Positions 19,422-28,047 of a DNA stretch of 64,000 bases are shown here, piece by piece; within the stretch, counting starts at the first letter, position 1, and the number at the start of each line of letters is the position of its first letter. The translations under genes and the position numbers were made by a program. The notes under the pieces are model-generated. The model was not told the origin of the DNA, searched no databases, and saw only the letters and a program-made list of their open reading frames with translations. The DNA comes from an uncultured Acidobacteriota bacterium (GTDB lineage: Bacteria; Acidobacteriota; Terriglobia; UBA7540), in NCBI GenBank assembly GCA_963838915.1, contig CAWIUZ010000300.1:3283-67282 (forward strand), written 5' to 3'.

Positions 19422-21728
19422 ATGCGGATACTTACCCGCTACATTTTCAAAGAGATCTCCTCTCATTCACTGCTGGGATTGCTGGTCTTTACGTTTGCAA
19501 TCTTCATTCCGCGGCTGGGGCGTCTGCTCGAGTTGGTGGTGCGCCATAGCTTGCCACTCCCCCAGATGCTGACCCTTTTCATGCTGCCCATCCCGAGCAT
19601 CCTGGTGCTCACGGTTCCCATGGCGGTTCTGGTTGGAACCCTGATCGGCCTCAGCCGCATGGCGGCGGACGGCGAGGTTATCGCGGCACGCGCCTCGGGC
19701 ATCGGGCTCTCGCAATTCGTCAGGCCGGTAATGCTCTTTGCAGTTGGTGGGTGGGCCCTCACCCTGTGGATGAGTGTGTTCCTCGCGCCCCAAGCCGGCC
19801 GCAGTTTGACTCGCATGGAAGCCGGGCTGAAGGCCAGCCAAGTGCCATACGAGATCCAACCGCGCGTGTTTATTGAACAATTCCCCAATTTACTTCTTTA
19901 CTTGGAAGATGTAACGGGCTCCCGTGCCAGATGGCGGGGCGTCTTCATTGCAGACACCACTCAGCGTGACCAAGTCAAGGTAACCTTAGCGGAAAGCGGA
20001 GTGCTTGTCAACGAAGCCGCCAACGGCCGACTGGTCATTCACCTGAATCAAGGCATGACCCACGAGATCGATCCGCAAAACCCGTCACAATATTCCGTGG
20101 TCACTTTCGCAAATACCGACATTCCCGTGCCGCTCGATCAGGCATCCACTTCCGGCCCCGAGAGCTTCCCCACTCCGCTGCTTTCGCTCCACAAATTGAT
20201 CGGGCAGACGCACTCGCCCCACGATCGGCAAGCCGCCCTCGTGGAACTGCATTATCGATTTGCTCTGCCTGTCGCCAGCCTGGTTCTGGCTCTGGTGGGA
20301 ATATCCTTGGGCCTCTCGACGCGCAAAGGCGGCAAGGCCGTGGGACTGATCCTGACGATGGCGCTGGTCTTTATCTATTACATGATCATGGTCTTCGGTC
20401 TGAGCTTCGCGAAACAAGGCCGCCTCCCTCCTGTCATCGGGCTCTGGATTGCCAACGTCATCTTCGCAGTCGCCGGGGTTCTGATGTTGGCCCAACTGCG
20501 CAGTGTGCGGTCCCGCTTGCAGTTCGTTCAGGACTGGATGGACGACTTGGCTCGCCGCTGGGAAGCCCGGCAGGCCCGCCCTCGACGTGGACGAGTCTCC
20601 GAACCGTCCCTGAAGACTCGCACCCCCGGCAGTCGGATCTTTCAGATTCTCGACATCTATATTATCCAGGGTTGGTTCTTCTACTTCTTCATCCTGCTGG
20701 TTACTTTCACGGGCATTTACATTATCTTCGACTTCTTCCAACTCCTGGGAGATATGGTTCGCAACCACGCTTCGGCAGGCCTGGTCCTGAATTACTACCG
20801 CTTCCTACTTCCTCAGATTATCTACTTGATGCTGCCGCTTAGCATCCTTGTCGCCACGCTGGTCAACTTCGGCCTGCTTACCAAGTCCAACCAGATTACC
20901 GCCATCAAAGCAGCGGGCGTCAGCCTCTACCGGATTTCCGCTCCCGTGCTGCTGGTGGCCGTGCTCATGAGCCTAGGCATGTTTTTCCTTTCCGATGATT
21001 TCCTGCCGCAAACCAACCAGCAGCAGGATGCCTATCGCAATCAGATCAAAGGGAAACCGCCACAAACCTTCTACCGCCCGGAGCGGCAATGGATCTTCGG
21101 GCAAGCTGATCGCATTTACAACTACAGATTCTTCGATCCTGATAAGAACGTTTTCGCAGATTTCACCTGCTTCGAGTTCGATCCTCAGTCCTTTCGCCTC
21201 ACTCGCCGGATTTATGCCGCGCGGGCATTCTGGGAACCTGCCATCCGAGGCTGGGTGCTCGAGAACGGTTGGGTACGCGACCTGAAGGGAGAACAGGTTG
21301 AGAAGTACTTTCCGTTTTCGGTTGACATGTTCTCTGAGATGTCGGAAGAACCCGCCTACTTCAAGAAGGAAGTGAGACCTTCTGAGCAGATGAGCGCACT
21401 CGAATTGCGGCATTACATCCGCGAACTCAGCCAGAGCGGGTTTGACGTGGTGCGCCTCTCCGTCCAATTCTACCGGAAGTTCTCTTACCCCCTGATTGCC
21501 TTCGTCGTGGCCCTGCTCGGGGTTCCCTTCTCCTTCACTACGGGCAGCAAGGGCGCGCTTTCCGGAGTCGCACTGAGTATCGGCATCGCTATTCTCTACT
21601 GGTCCATCTCCAGCTTGTTCGAAGCCATGGGCAACCTGAGTCAGTTGCCGCCCCTGGTCGCCGCCTGGTCACCGGACGTGCTTTTTGGACTGGCGGGGTC
21701 GTATTTACTGCTGAGGGTAAAGACATGA
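19422..21728 (+). CDS. Fused LptF-LptG lipopolysaccharide export permease
   Basis: 768-aa intact ORF with two YjgP/YjgQ-type halves. The halves start 'MRILTRYIFKEISSHSLLGLLVFTF...' and '...RIFQILDIYIIQGWFFYFFILLVTFTGIYIIFDFF...'. Confidence 0.85.
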   Translation: MRILTRYIFKEISSHSLLGLLVFTFAIFIPRLGRLLELVVRHSLPLPQMLTLFMLPIPSILVLTVPMAVLVGTLIGLSRMAADGEVIAARASGIGLSQFVRPVMLFAVGGWALTLWMSVFLAPQAGRSLTRMEAGLKASQVPYEIQPRVFIEQFPNLLLYLEDVTGSRARWRGVFIADTTQRDQVKVTLAESGVLVNEAANGRLVIHLNQGMTHEIDPQNPSQYSVVTFANTDIPVPLDQASTSGPESFPTPLLSLHKLIGQTHSPHDRQAALVELHYRFALPVASLVLALVGISLGLSTRKGGKAVGLILTMALVFIYYMIMVFGLSFAKQGRLPPVIGLWIANVIFAVAGVLMLAQLRSVRSRLQFVQDWMDDLARRWEARQARPRRGRVSEPSLKTRTPGSRIFQILDIYIIQGWFFYFFILLVTFTGIYIIFDFFQLLGDMVRNHASAGLVLNYYRFLLPQIIYLMLPLSILVATLVNFGLLTKSNQITAIKAAGVSLYRISAPVLLVAVLMSLGMFFLSDDFLPQTNQQQDAYRNQIKGKPPQTFYRPERQWIFGQADRIYNYRFFDPDKNVFADFTCFEFDPQSFRLTRRIYAARAFWEPAIRGWVLENGWVRDLKGEQVEKYFPFSVDMFSEMSEEPAYFKKEVRPSEQMSALELRHYIRELSQSGFDVVRLSVQFYRKFSYPLIAFVVALLGVPFSFTTGSKGALSGVALSIGIAILYWSISSLFEAMGNLSQLPPLVAAWSPDVLFGLAGSYLLLRVKT

Positions 21729-22141
21729 AGTTTTCTGACATGCCTGTGAAAATCGTAGCCGCCGCCGGTGGACTCGTTTGGCGGCCGACCAGCGATGGCC
21801 GTGAGCTGATCGTCATTCGTCGACGACGCCATCAGGATTGGACACTCCCCAAAGGCAAGGTCAAGCCGGGCGAATCCTGGCTACAGTGCGCCATCCGAGA
21901 GGTCCGGGAAGAGACTGGCTTTGATGTCGAGGTCGAGAGCCACGCGGGTTGGGTGTGTTACGACACGAGCGATATCACCAAGGTGGTTCGATTCTGGAAT
22001 ATGAAGCCGATGAGCGAATCCCGGTTTGAAAGCTCCGAAGAAGTGCTCTCTGTCCACTGGCTGGCGCCTCAAGAAGCGGTTATACGGCTAGACCATGAAG
22101 GCGAGCGGGTTCTAGTTATCGAGGCCGGCAGAAAATCCTAA
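21725..22141 (+). CDS. NUDIX hydrolase
   Basis: NUDIX box 'GKVKPGESWLQCAIREVREETGFDV'. There is a 4-nt overlap (ATGA) with the lptFG stop. Confidence 0.85.
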   Translation: MKFSDMPVKIVAAAGGLVWRPTSDGRELIVIRRRRHQDWTLPKGKVKPGESWLQCAIREVREETGFDVEVESHAGWVCYDTSDITKVVRFWNMKPMSESRFESSEEVLSVHWLAPQEAVIRLDHEGERVLVIEAGRKS

Positions 22142-22151
22142 TGTCTCGCGC

Positions 22152-22499
22152 TTAGACCGTCACCACACTGTCGGCTTCCACCAGGATGCCGACGATGTCG
22201 TTCATTCCCCCTATTTCCCCAACCGCGACCTTTTCAGTGAGCTGGAAGTGCTCGAGACACGTCCGGCACGAAACCAAGCGAACACCCTGGCTCTGGAGTA
22301 TCTTCAGACCCAACAGCGCCGGTGACCCGGTGCAGACCAACTTAACGCCGTCGGTGTAGAAGCACATGGCGTGAGGCTTGACCGGCTGACTCTCCCACGC
22401 GTGCAGAAGCCGGTCGAACATCTCCAATCCAAATTGTCTATCGTTGGCATCAACGTGGCCCAGGCCCTCACGCGTAACGAGCAGAACGAGTTTTGACAT
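22152..22499 (-). CDS. DsrE/DsrF-fold protein resembling the C-terminal domain of YedF
   Basis: 'MSKLVLLVTREGLGHVD...AMCFYTDGVKLV...GVRLVSCRTCLEHFQL...VGEIGGMNDIV' shows the DsrE-like pattern. The assignment comes from motif memory only. Confidence 0.6.
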   Translation of the reverse strand: MSKLVLLVTREGLGHVDANDRQFGLEMFDRLLHAWESQPVKPHAMCFYTDGVKLVCTGSPALLGLKILQSQGVRLVSCRTCLEHFQLTEKVAVGEIGGMNDIVGILVEADSVVTV

Positions 22500-22724
22500 A
22501 GGCACATTCTAGCCTACGATGCGGTCTTGTCAAGAGACGTGAAGTCCGAGCCCACGGCGGATTTGTTCTCAGAGTGGGCCGGAGCAGGCCTATCGACTTA
22601 GGGGTGTGAGCGCTGGCGACCGGCTACTTTTGCTCCGCCGCCGAGCGGGACGCACGGGGCAAGGTGGAGATCGAGCGGACGGCCTGGAACTACTTCCCAC
22701 CACAGGTTTATTGGGTCGTGCCGC

Positions 22725-23459
22725 TTAGTCCCGCCCTTGGCGAGCGCCTGAGTTTTCGGTCATGCGCAGGTAGTCGAAAACCAGGCGCACGCGGCATGCG
22801 AGCTGGCGCATTTTCTGCGGCACGCTCTTTCCTCCTTTCGACTTGATCACCCCGATGGCGAAGCGACGCAGCCGGGTCATGTTTTCCGGTCCGTAACCGG
22901 TACGGATGCGGCTGCGGTCTTCATCAAAGGTCCAATCCAGAATGTAGTGGCAACTGTTCTCGATCACCCAGTGGCCGCGGTTGACTTGGAGAACCCGCTG
23001 GGCCTTGGCTTGTTCCGGCGGGCGGCTGGTGATGCCGTAGGCGATCTCCGAGGAGACCTCGCCGGTCCTTTTCTCCATGCTCCGACGCTCCACCACGAAG
23101 GCTTGGCCAACGTGGGGGAAACGGAGGTAGTCGCTGAGCTCGGGGGTGGTCCAGATCTGGCGCGTTTCGATCCGTCCATGGTCAGGCGGCGTATGCTCGA
23201 CGTAATCGGGCGGCCGCTTCCCCCGATCCTGAAAGTACAAGGCCAAGTCTTCGAGCGTCCCCGCTTGATTGCCTTTGACGGTGAAATGGTAATGGCCCCC
23301 GCGCCGAACAATGTAGTCGGCCAACTCGCGCTGAGCCAGCAAGGCGTCGGCGGTCACGTCCTTGCCCCGGATGTCGATGACCTCCAACAGGGGGATGGCC
23401 ATCTTGATCTCGTTCGTGCGTTTGACTTCTTCCCGGCCTTCTACGGGCAAGGTACCCAC
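22725..23459 (-). CDS. ISAs1-family transposase DDE catalytic part (downstream ORF, -1 frame)
   Basis: 'IDIRGKDVTADALLAQRELADYIV..GGHYHFTVKGNQ...NRGHWVIENSCHYILDWTFDEDRSRIRTGYGPENMTRLRRFAIGVIK' is the typical ISAs1 C-terminal half. Confidence 0.8.
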   Translation of the reverse strand: MGTLPVEGREEVKRTNEIKMAIPLLEVIDIRGKDVTADALLAQRELADYIVRRGGHYHFTVKGNQAGTLEDLALYFQDRGKRPPDYVEHTPPDHGRIETRQIWTTPELSDYLRFPHVGQAFVVERRSMEKRTGEVSSEIAYGITSRPPEQAKAQRVLQVNRGHWVIENSCHYILDWTFDEDRSRIRTGYGPENMTRLRRFAIGVIKSKGGKSVPQKMRQLACRVRLVFDYLRMTENSGARQGRD

Positions 23460-24508
23460 TTTTTTTGGGTGTGGCAGATCTTGGTCTCATGACCGACGAC
23501 GCCCATGATGTGGGTCTGCTGACCCTGATCATCGAGGGCATTGCACAGGGTCTTGCCGTCGATGGCCAGACTCTCATCTTCCCCGGCGTAGAGTTCGTTC
23601 CAGCGTCGCAGGGCGTGGTCCAGGTCCGCCGGCTGGACGCGAATCAGCACGTTGCGGATGACGTATTCACTGGGCACCCCGTAGCGGCCTTTTTCCCAAC
23701 GACAGCCGAACCGCCGCCGCGCCTTCTGCCCCAGGCTCTGCGCCCAATCGGCGATGGCCTTGTAGCCGCGCATGCCGCACAACACCGCTCCGGCGGCAAT
23801 CGCCAGCACCGTGGGCAAGCGATGACGCTTGCCTTGAGCCCGGCGAGGGTCGGAAATCTCGGCAAAAAACGCAGGCAGGGATTGCATCTGAGCGGCACTG
23901 AGCATCATTTTCGACTCTCCTGGGCGATAAGGTGAAGGGAGCGTGGCCGAGCACAACAACTCGTGGGCATCGGCTCGCAGGGGTTTCAGGAAGACCATCT
24001 TGGGAGATTCGGGGTTAGCACTGTAGCCCCAACGCGTGCGGCGAAACCCGCGCGTGTTGCCCACATACGTCCAGTTCGCCGCCCGATAGACCGTGCCCCG
24101 GAAACGTTCAGGATCGACAAAGGTCTCCAGCAACACCAAGCCGTGACCGAAAGTCTCTTCCCAATCACGCCCCACACGCCTCTGGCACAGTGCCAGAACG
24201 CGTGACCCCAAGTTGGGCGCGTGCCATTCCGGCAGAATCAGAAAGCGGCTGTTGTTGGCCACCAACTTCAAACGGCGGTAACGCTGACGAAAATCCCAGC
24301 CGATCCAGCGATCCCGCGCCGCACACTTCAGCGCCGAGGCCGAGAAGCTCACCAGCGCCACCCAGGCTTCACCCCAACTGGCCACATACCATAGCGTCTC
24401 GCTGATCTTCGGCAAAGCGCCCAGATAGTGATGCCGCTGCATCAGCTCCTCGTAACGGGCCTCCTCAGTAGCACGAACCGGTCGGATGACGATCTCGTCC
24501 AGTTCCAC
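23441..24508 (-). CDS. DUF4338 (DruA-like) domain fused to the ISAs1 transposase N-terminal region (upstream ORF)
   Basis: 'HHYLGALPKISETLWYVA...RDRWIGWD...LVANNSRFLILPE...LLETFVDPERFRGTVYRAANWTYVGNTRG' is DUF4338-like. It is followed by 'FAEISDPRRAQGKRHRLPTVLAIAAGAVLCGMRGYKAIADWAQSL', the ISAs1/H-repeat N-terminal region. Confidence 0.8.
   Translation of the reverse strand: MELDEIVIRPVRATEEARYEELMQRHHYLGALPKISETLWYVASWGEAWVALVSFSASALKCAARDRWIGWDFRQRYRRLKLVANNSRFLILPEWHAPNLGSRVLALCQRRVGRDWEETFGHGLVLLETFVDPERFRGTVYRAANWTYVGNTRGFRRTRWGYSANPESPKMVFLKPLRADAHELLCSATLPSPYRPGESKMMLSAAQMQSLPAFFAEISDPRRAQGKRHRLPTVLAIAAGAVLCGMRGYKAIADWAQSLGQKARRRFGCRWEKGRYGVPSEYVIRNVLIRVQPADLDHALRRWNELYAGEDESLAIDGKTLCNALDDQGQQTHIMGVVGHETKICHTQKKWVPCP
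23459..23465 (-). promoter_or_regulatory. A_AAA_AAG slippery heptamer at the junction of the two ISAs1 ORFs
   Basis: The minus strand reads ACC CAA AAA AAG TGG in the upstream frame, and that frame stops 5 codons later. A -1 slip gives ...QKK-VGTLPVEGREE..., which joins the DDE ORF exactly. Confidence 0.5.
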
Positions 24509-24711
24509 AGCGCCTCCCCAGCAAGCACCATCGCAGGATACAAGCCCGTGAGGGAATTGTCCAGAGGAAGTTACAACTGGCTAAGGCTTAAAGGATTTAC
24601 AGGAAGGAACAAAATCACCCTGAGTCCGAGCCGGCGCGCTAGCGGACTTTGTGTCTCTCGACATCCAGAATAGCCGGTGACACAATGGCGTGCCCAAGGA
24701 GCATGTGAAGC

Positions 24712-26427
24712 ATGCAGCAGATCACTCATGATGTTTTGATTTTCGGAACCGGCCTTGCCGGGCTGCGCGACGCGGTCGAACTCTCGATCAAAACGCGCGG
24801 CAGCGCCGACATTGGGATCGTCTCAAAAGTGCAGGTCATGCGTGCGCATTCCGTGTGCGCGGAAGGTGGCACGGGAGCCGTGATGCGGCCCGAAGAAGGC
24901 GACAGCCTCGAACTGCACGCCTGGGACACCGTGAAAGGCTCCGATTTCCTGGCGGACCAGGACGTGGTGGACCGCTTCGTGAAGGCCTCGCCGGACGAAA
25001 TCCGGCTGCTCGAACACTGGGGATGCCCATGGTCGCGCCGCGAGGATGGGCGCATCATGCAACGGCCGTTCGGCGGCCATTCTTTTCCGCGCGCCTGCAT
25101 GGCGGCTGATAAGACGGGCTTCTTCGAAATGCAGGCTCTCTACGACACTCTTCTCAAGTACAAGAATTTCAGGCGCTACGACGAGTGCTTCGTGACTTCC
25201 CTGCTTCTCGAGGGCGGGCGCTTCGCAGGGCTGACGCTATACGATCTTCCTTCAGGCGAATTCTACGTGCTGCGCGGCAAGGCCCTGTTGATTGCGTCGG
25301 GCGGGTTGGGGAATCTTTACGGTTTCACGACCTATTCCCAAACCGTCACGGGCGACGGGCAGGCCATCGCCTACCGCGCTGGCCTGGCCCTCGAAGATCC
25401 GGAGTTCCTTCAGTTTCACCCTACCGGCCTCGTGCCCTCGGGAATTCTGATGACCGAGGGTTGCCGCGGCGAAGGCGGTTACCTGCGCAACAACAAGGGC
25501 GAGCGCTTCATGGAGAAATACGCGCCCAAGATGATGGAGCTTGCGCCGCGCGACATCGTTTCGCGCTCCGAAATGACGGAAATCCTCGAGGGTCGCGGCT
25601 TCCCGGGCCCTGACGGCCTTGATTACATCAACCTCGATTTGACCCACCTGGGCGCCGAGCGAATCAATAAGCGCCTGCCTCTTATTCGCGAAGTGTGCAT
25701 GAAGTTCTTGGGGATCGACCCGATCACTACGTCCATTCCCATCCGTCCCGTAGCGCATTACTCGATGGGCGGGATCGAAGCCGATATCAACGGCCGCACG
25801 AAAGTGGAAAACGTCTGGGCCGCGGGCGAGGTGGCCTGCCACTCGATGCACGGCGCCAACCGCCTGGGTTGCAACTCGACCGCGGAATGCCTCGTTTGGG
25901 GCGGCATCACCGGCGGTGAGATCGCCAAGTACCTGGCCGCAAGCCCCAAGCTGAGCGATCTGCCGGAAAGCAAAGCTCAGGAAGAAGAGAAACGCATTTT
26001 CGAAGGCCTGCTCAAACAAAACGGCTCCGAGAAACCTGCGCAAATCCGACGCGAACTTCGCACCTTGATGGATACACATGCCGGCGTCTACCGCACCGGC
26101 GAATCCATCCAAGAGGGTCTCGCGAAAATCGCCGAACTGAAGGAGCGGTTCAAGCACATCAGCCTTCAGGACAAGAGCCGCGTCTACAACACCAATTTGG
26201 TTCAAGCCCTCGAAACCGAGAACATGCTCGAGTTGGCCGAAGTGCTTCTATTCGCCGGCCTGGCGCGCCAGGAATCCCGCGGCGCCCACGCCCGGACGGA
26301 TTTCGCCAAGCGCGACGACGAAAAATTTCTCGGCCACTCGATGGTCTATTACACCTGCGGCGAGCCGAGGCTGGAGTATAAGCCCGTCACCATTACGAAT
26401 TGGAAACCGGTGGAGCGGAAATATTAA
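24712..26427 (+). CDS. sdhA: Succinate dehydrogenase/fumarate reductase flavoprotein subunit (divergent paralog, operon 1)
   Basis: 571 aa. Motifs are '[12 protein letters not shown]' (FAD), '[11 protein letters not shown]' (His for covalent FAD), 'FHPTG', '[10 protein letters not shown]', 'APRDIVSR' and 'HGANRLG'. Confidence 0.9.
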   Translation: MQQITHDVLIFGTGLAGLRDAVELSIKTRGSADIGIVSKVQVMRAHSVCAEGGTGAVMRPEEGDSLELHAWDTVKGSDFLADQDVVDRFVKASPDEIRLLEHWGCPWSRREDGRIMQRPFGGHSFPRACMAADKTGFFEMQALYDTLLKYKNFRRYDECFVTSLLLEGGRFAGLTLYDLPSGEFYVLRGKALLIASGGLGNLYGFTTYSQTVTGDGQAIAYRAGLALEDPEFLQFHPTGLVPSGILMTEGCRGEGGYLRNNKGERFMEKYAPKMMELAPRDIVSRSEMTEILEGRGFPGPDGLDYINLDLTHLGAERINKRLPLIREVCMKFLGIDPITTSIPIRPVAHYSMGGIEADINGRTKVENVWAAGEVACHSMHGANRLGCNSTAECLVWGGITGGEIAKYLAASPKLSDLPESKAQEEEKRIFEGLLKQNGSEKPAQIRRELRTLMDTHAGVYRTGESIQEGLAKIAELKERFKHISLQDKSRVYNTNLVQALETENMLELAEVLLFAGLARQESRGAHARTDFAKRDDEKFLGHSMVYYTCGEPRLEYKPVTITNWKPVERKY

Positions 26428-26705
26428 GAAATAGTGAGTGGTGAATTATAAATTCTTAGGGATGACAGCTGAATGCACGTTCCCACCGCGAAGCGGTGAA
26501 CCGTGAGTGGCCGTGGGCGCAAGCCCACGGTTGGCGGCTGAAAGACGCCGCAACCCCGAAGGGGTTGACCAAGAAGGATGTTCGGCCCCTTCAGGGCCGA
26601 GTGGCACTCGATGGTATGGCATCCGTGGCTTCCACCCACGGCTACTCACTGTGCTCCCCTTCGGGGAGCAAGGCCGGAAGTACACCGGATGATTGTGTAT
26701 CCATC

Positions 26706-26732
26706 TGTCATGCTGAGCGCAGCGAAGCATCC
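26706..26732. repeat. REP-like family B unit
   Basis: 'tgtcatgctgagcgcagcgaagcatcc', inside the 452-nt sdhA1-sdhC1 spacer. Confidence 0.75.
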
Positions 26733-26833
26733 CAGCAGTTCCTTTCGATGCCCGATGGCCGTTCTCACGAACGAACTGCTGAGATCCTTCGTCGCCCAAA
26801 AAGCCGGGTTCCTCAGGATGACAAGCAATTTGG

Positions 26834-26868
26834 CTGAATGCTGACGGCTGATAGCTGACGGCTTCTGC
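26834..26868. repeat. Heptamer tandem array (5 units, CTGANNG)
   Basis: 'ctgaatg ctgacgg ctgatag ctgacgg cttctgc', immediately before the SD and ATG of sdhC1. Confidence 0.75.
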
Positions 26869-26879
26869 AGGAGGCAGTA

Positions 26880-27317
26880 ATGGCCGCAATCCAACGGCAC
26901 GACAATCGGCTGGGAATCTGGGGATGGCTAGGGGGCGGGCGATGGGGCGTCGAGCGCTACGCTTACATCTTGCATCGCCTGACCGGCCTCGGTATTCTCT
27001 GCTACTTTTTGATGCACGTGGTGGTAACCAGCCTGCGCGCCACGGGCGTTTACTTGTGGGTCGAAGGCGGTCCGCTACACCAACCCCTTTTCAAGTTCGG
27101 GGAGTTTCTGGTTTTTGCGGCTTTTGCTTATCACGCTTTCAACGGCGTGCGTCTGGTGCTTGTTGAGCTCGGATTCGCGGTGGGTAAGCCCATCGAACCC
27201 GTGTATCCCTACAAGACGTCGCTGAACGTGCAGCGACCGCTGCTGATCGCTATGATGATTTTGGCGGCGCTGTTTCTTGCGGCGGGAGGTTATCAGTTCC
27301 TTGGATTGGCAAAGTAG
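26880..27317 (+). CDS. sdhC: Succinate dehydrogenase membrane anchor, cytochrome b subunit (operon 1)
   Basis: SD 'aggagg' lies 6 nt upstream. The 145-aa product has three TM helices. 'RYAYILHRLTGLGILCYFLMHV...AFAYHAFNGVRLVLVE' is clearly homologous to the SdhC of operon 2. Confidence 0.7.
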   Translation: MAAIQRHDNRLGIWGWLGGGRWGVERYAYILHRLTGLGILCYFLMHVVVTSLRATGVYLWVEGGPLHQPLFKFGEFLVFAAFAYHAFNGVRLVLVELGFAVGKPIEPVYPYKTSLNVQRPLLIAMMILAALFLAAGGYQFLGLAK

Positions 27318-27421
27318 CGCCGACCTTTAGAGCCTGCCCTGAGCGGAGCGAAGGGTCGGCACGTGCTGAGCTAAAGCTCAGCGCTACGAGATCAACCAGG
27401 GTGGTGGCGGCTTGAAAACGA

Positions 27422-27581
27422 CCCCTCACCCGTCCCGCGACGGCTGATGAATGCGCCGTCGCGCGACACCCTCTCCCCGCGGGAGAGGGCAGTAGTCGAA
27501 GATCACAGCCCTCTCCCCCTTGGGGGAGAGGGTGGACGGCAGCCGGCGGTTTCATCAGCCGGGGCGGGCCGGGTGAGGGGG
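27422..27581. repeat. REP-like family A: two inverted copies of a ~70-bp element
   Basis: The forward copy 27422-27490 is 'cccctcacccgtcccgcgacggctgatgaatgcgccgtcgcgcgacaccctctccccgcgggagaggg'. A reverse-complement copy sits at 27509-27581. Each contains the hairpin ccctctccc/gggagaggg. Confidence 0.85.
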
Positions 27582-27607
27582 TGGGCGGCGACTATTTTCG
27601 ACCAGAG

Positions 27608-27636
27608 CGAGATTCCTCGCTTCGCTCGGAATGACA
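27608..27636. repeat. REP-like family B unit (reverse orientation)
   Basis: 'cgagattcctcgcttcgctcggaatgaca'. Confidence 0.8.
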
Positions 27637-27661
27637 GCCGGCAATCGGCATAGGAGAGAAG

Positions 27662-28045
27662 ATGCGCGAAACGAAATACTGGACGTGGCACATGGCGGCG
27701 GGGGTGGTGATCCTCTTCCTGCTGGGCCTTCACATGCTGATCATGCATCTGGGCGGGACGACGCACTTGTTTGCTCCGCACGCAGGCGAAGCGGTCTCGA
27801 AGGCCAACAGCCTGTTTCGCGATGGCAGGCTATTTTTCACCGTCACTTACATTCTTCTGCTCGGAGTCGCTCTCTATCACGGCCTTTACGGCCTGCGGAC
27901 GATTCTGTTCGAGTTGACGCTGAAGCCTGCGGTGGAAAAACTTACGACTGTGGTCCTCGTGGTGGTGGGGTTGGGACTATTCGGATTGGGCACGTGGGCG
28001 GCCGTCGTTGCGCATGCCATCGCTCAAGCGGGAGGCAGGGGGTAG
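27662..28045 (+). CDS. sdhD: Succinate dehydrogenase hydrophobic membrane anchor subunit (operon 1)
   Basis: SD 'aggagag' lies upstream. The 127-aa TM protein reads 'WHMAAGVVILFLLGLHMLIMHL...LLLGVALYHGLYGLRTILFE' and is homologous to the SdhD of operon 2. Confidence 0.65.
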   Translation: MRETKYWTWHMAAGVVILFLLGLHMLIMHLGGTTHLFAPHAGEAVSKANSLFRDGRLFFTVTYILLLGVALYHGLYGLRTILFELTLKPAVEKLTTVVLVVVGLGLFGLGTWAAVVAHAIAQAGGRG

Positions 28046-28047
28046 CT

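Larger units (their letters stand above)
22528..24663 (-). mobile_element. ISAs1-family insertion sequence (about 2.1 kb) encoding a DUF4338-transposase fusion
   Basis: Imperfect terminal inverted repeats match at 17 of 21 positions: 22528-22548 'tgtcaagagacgtgaagtccg' and the reverse complement of 24643-24663 'tgtcgagagacacaaagtccg'. They bracket both transposase ORFs. No target duplication was seen. Confidence 0.75.

Noticed and set aside
26446-26900. Several 60-150-aa ORFs in the sdhA1-sdhC1 spacer; similar ORFs at 27250-27781, 29461-29925, 44028-44997, 47600-48076, 56407-56685 and 58141-58475
   Set aside because: They are read through REP-like families A, B and C and GC-rich hairpins. 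The same peptide strings ('HSERSEES', 'PLTRPAPADESA', 'HPLPQGEG') recur in both orientations, which indicates repeats rather than genes.
27631-28047. N-terminal 139 aa of the 416-aa ORF 27631..28881
   Set aside because: It overlaps sdhD1 in another frame and is Arg/Gly-rich. The Fe-S subunit sequence begins at ATG 28048, right after the sdhD1 stop.
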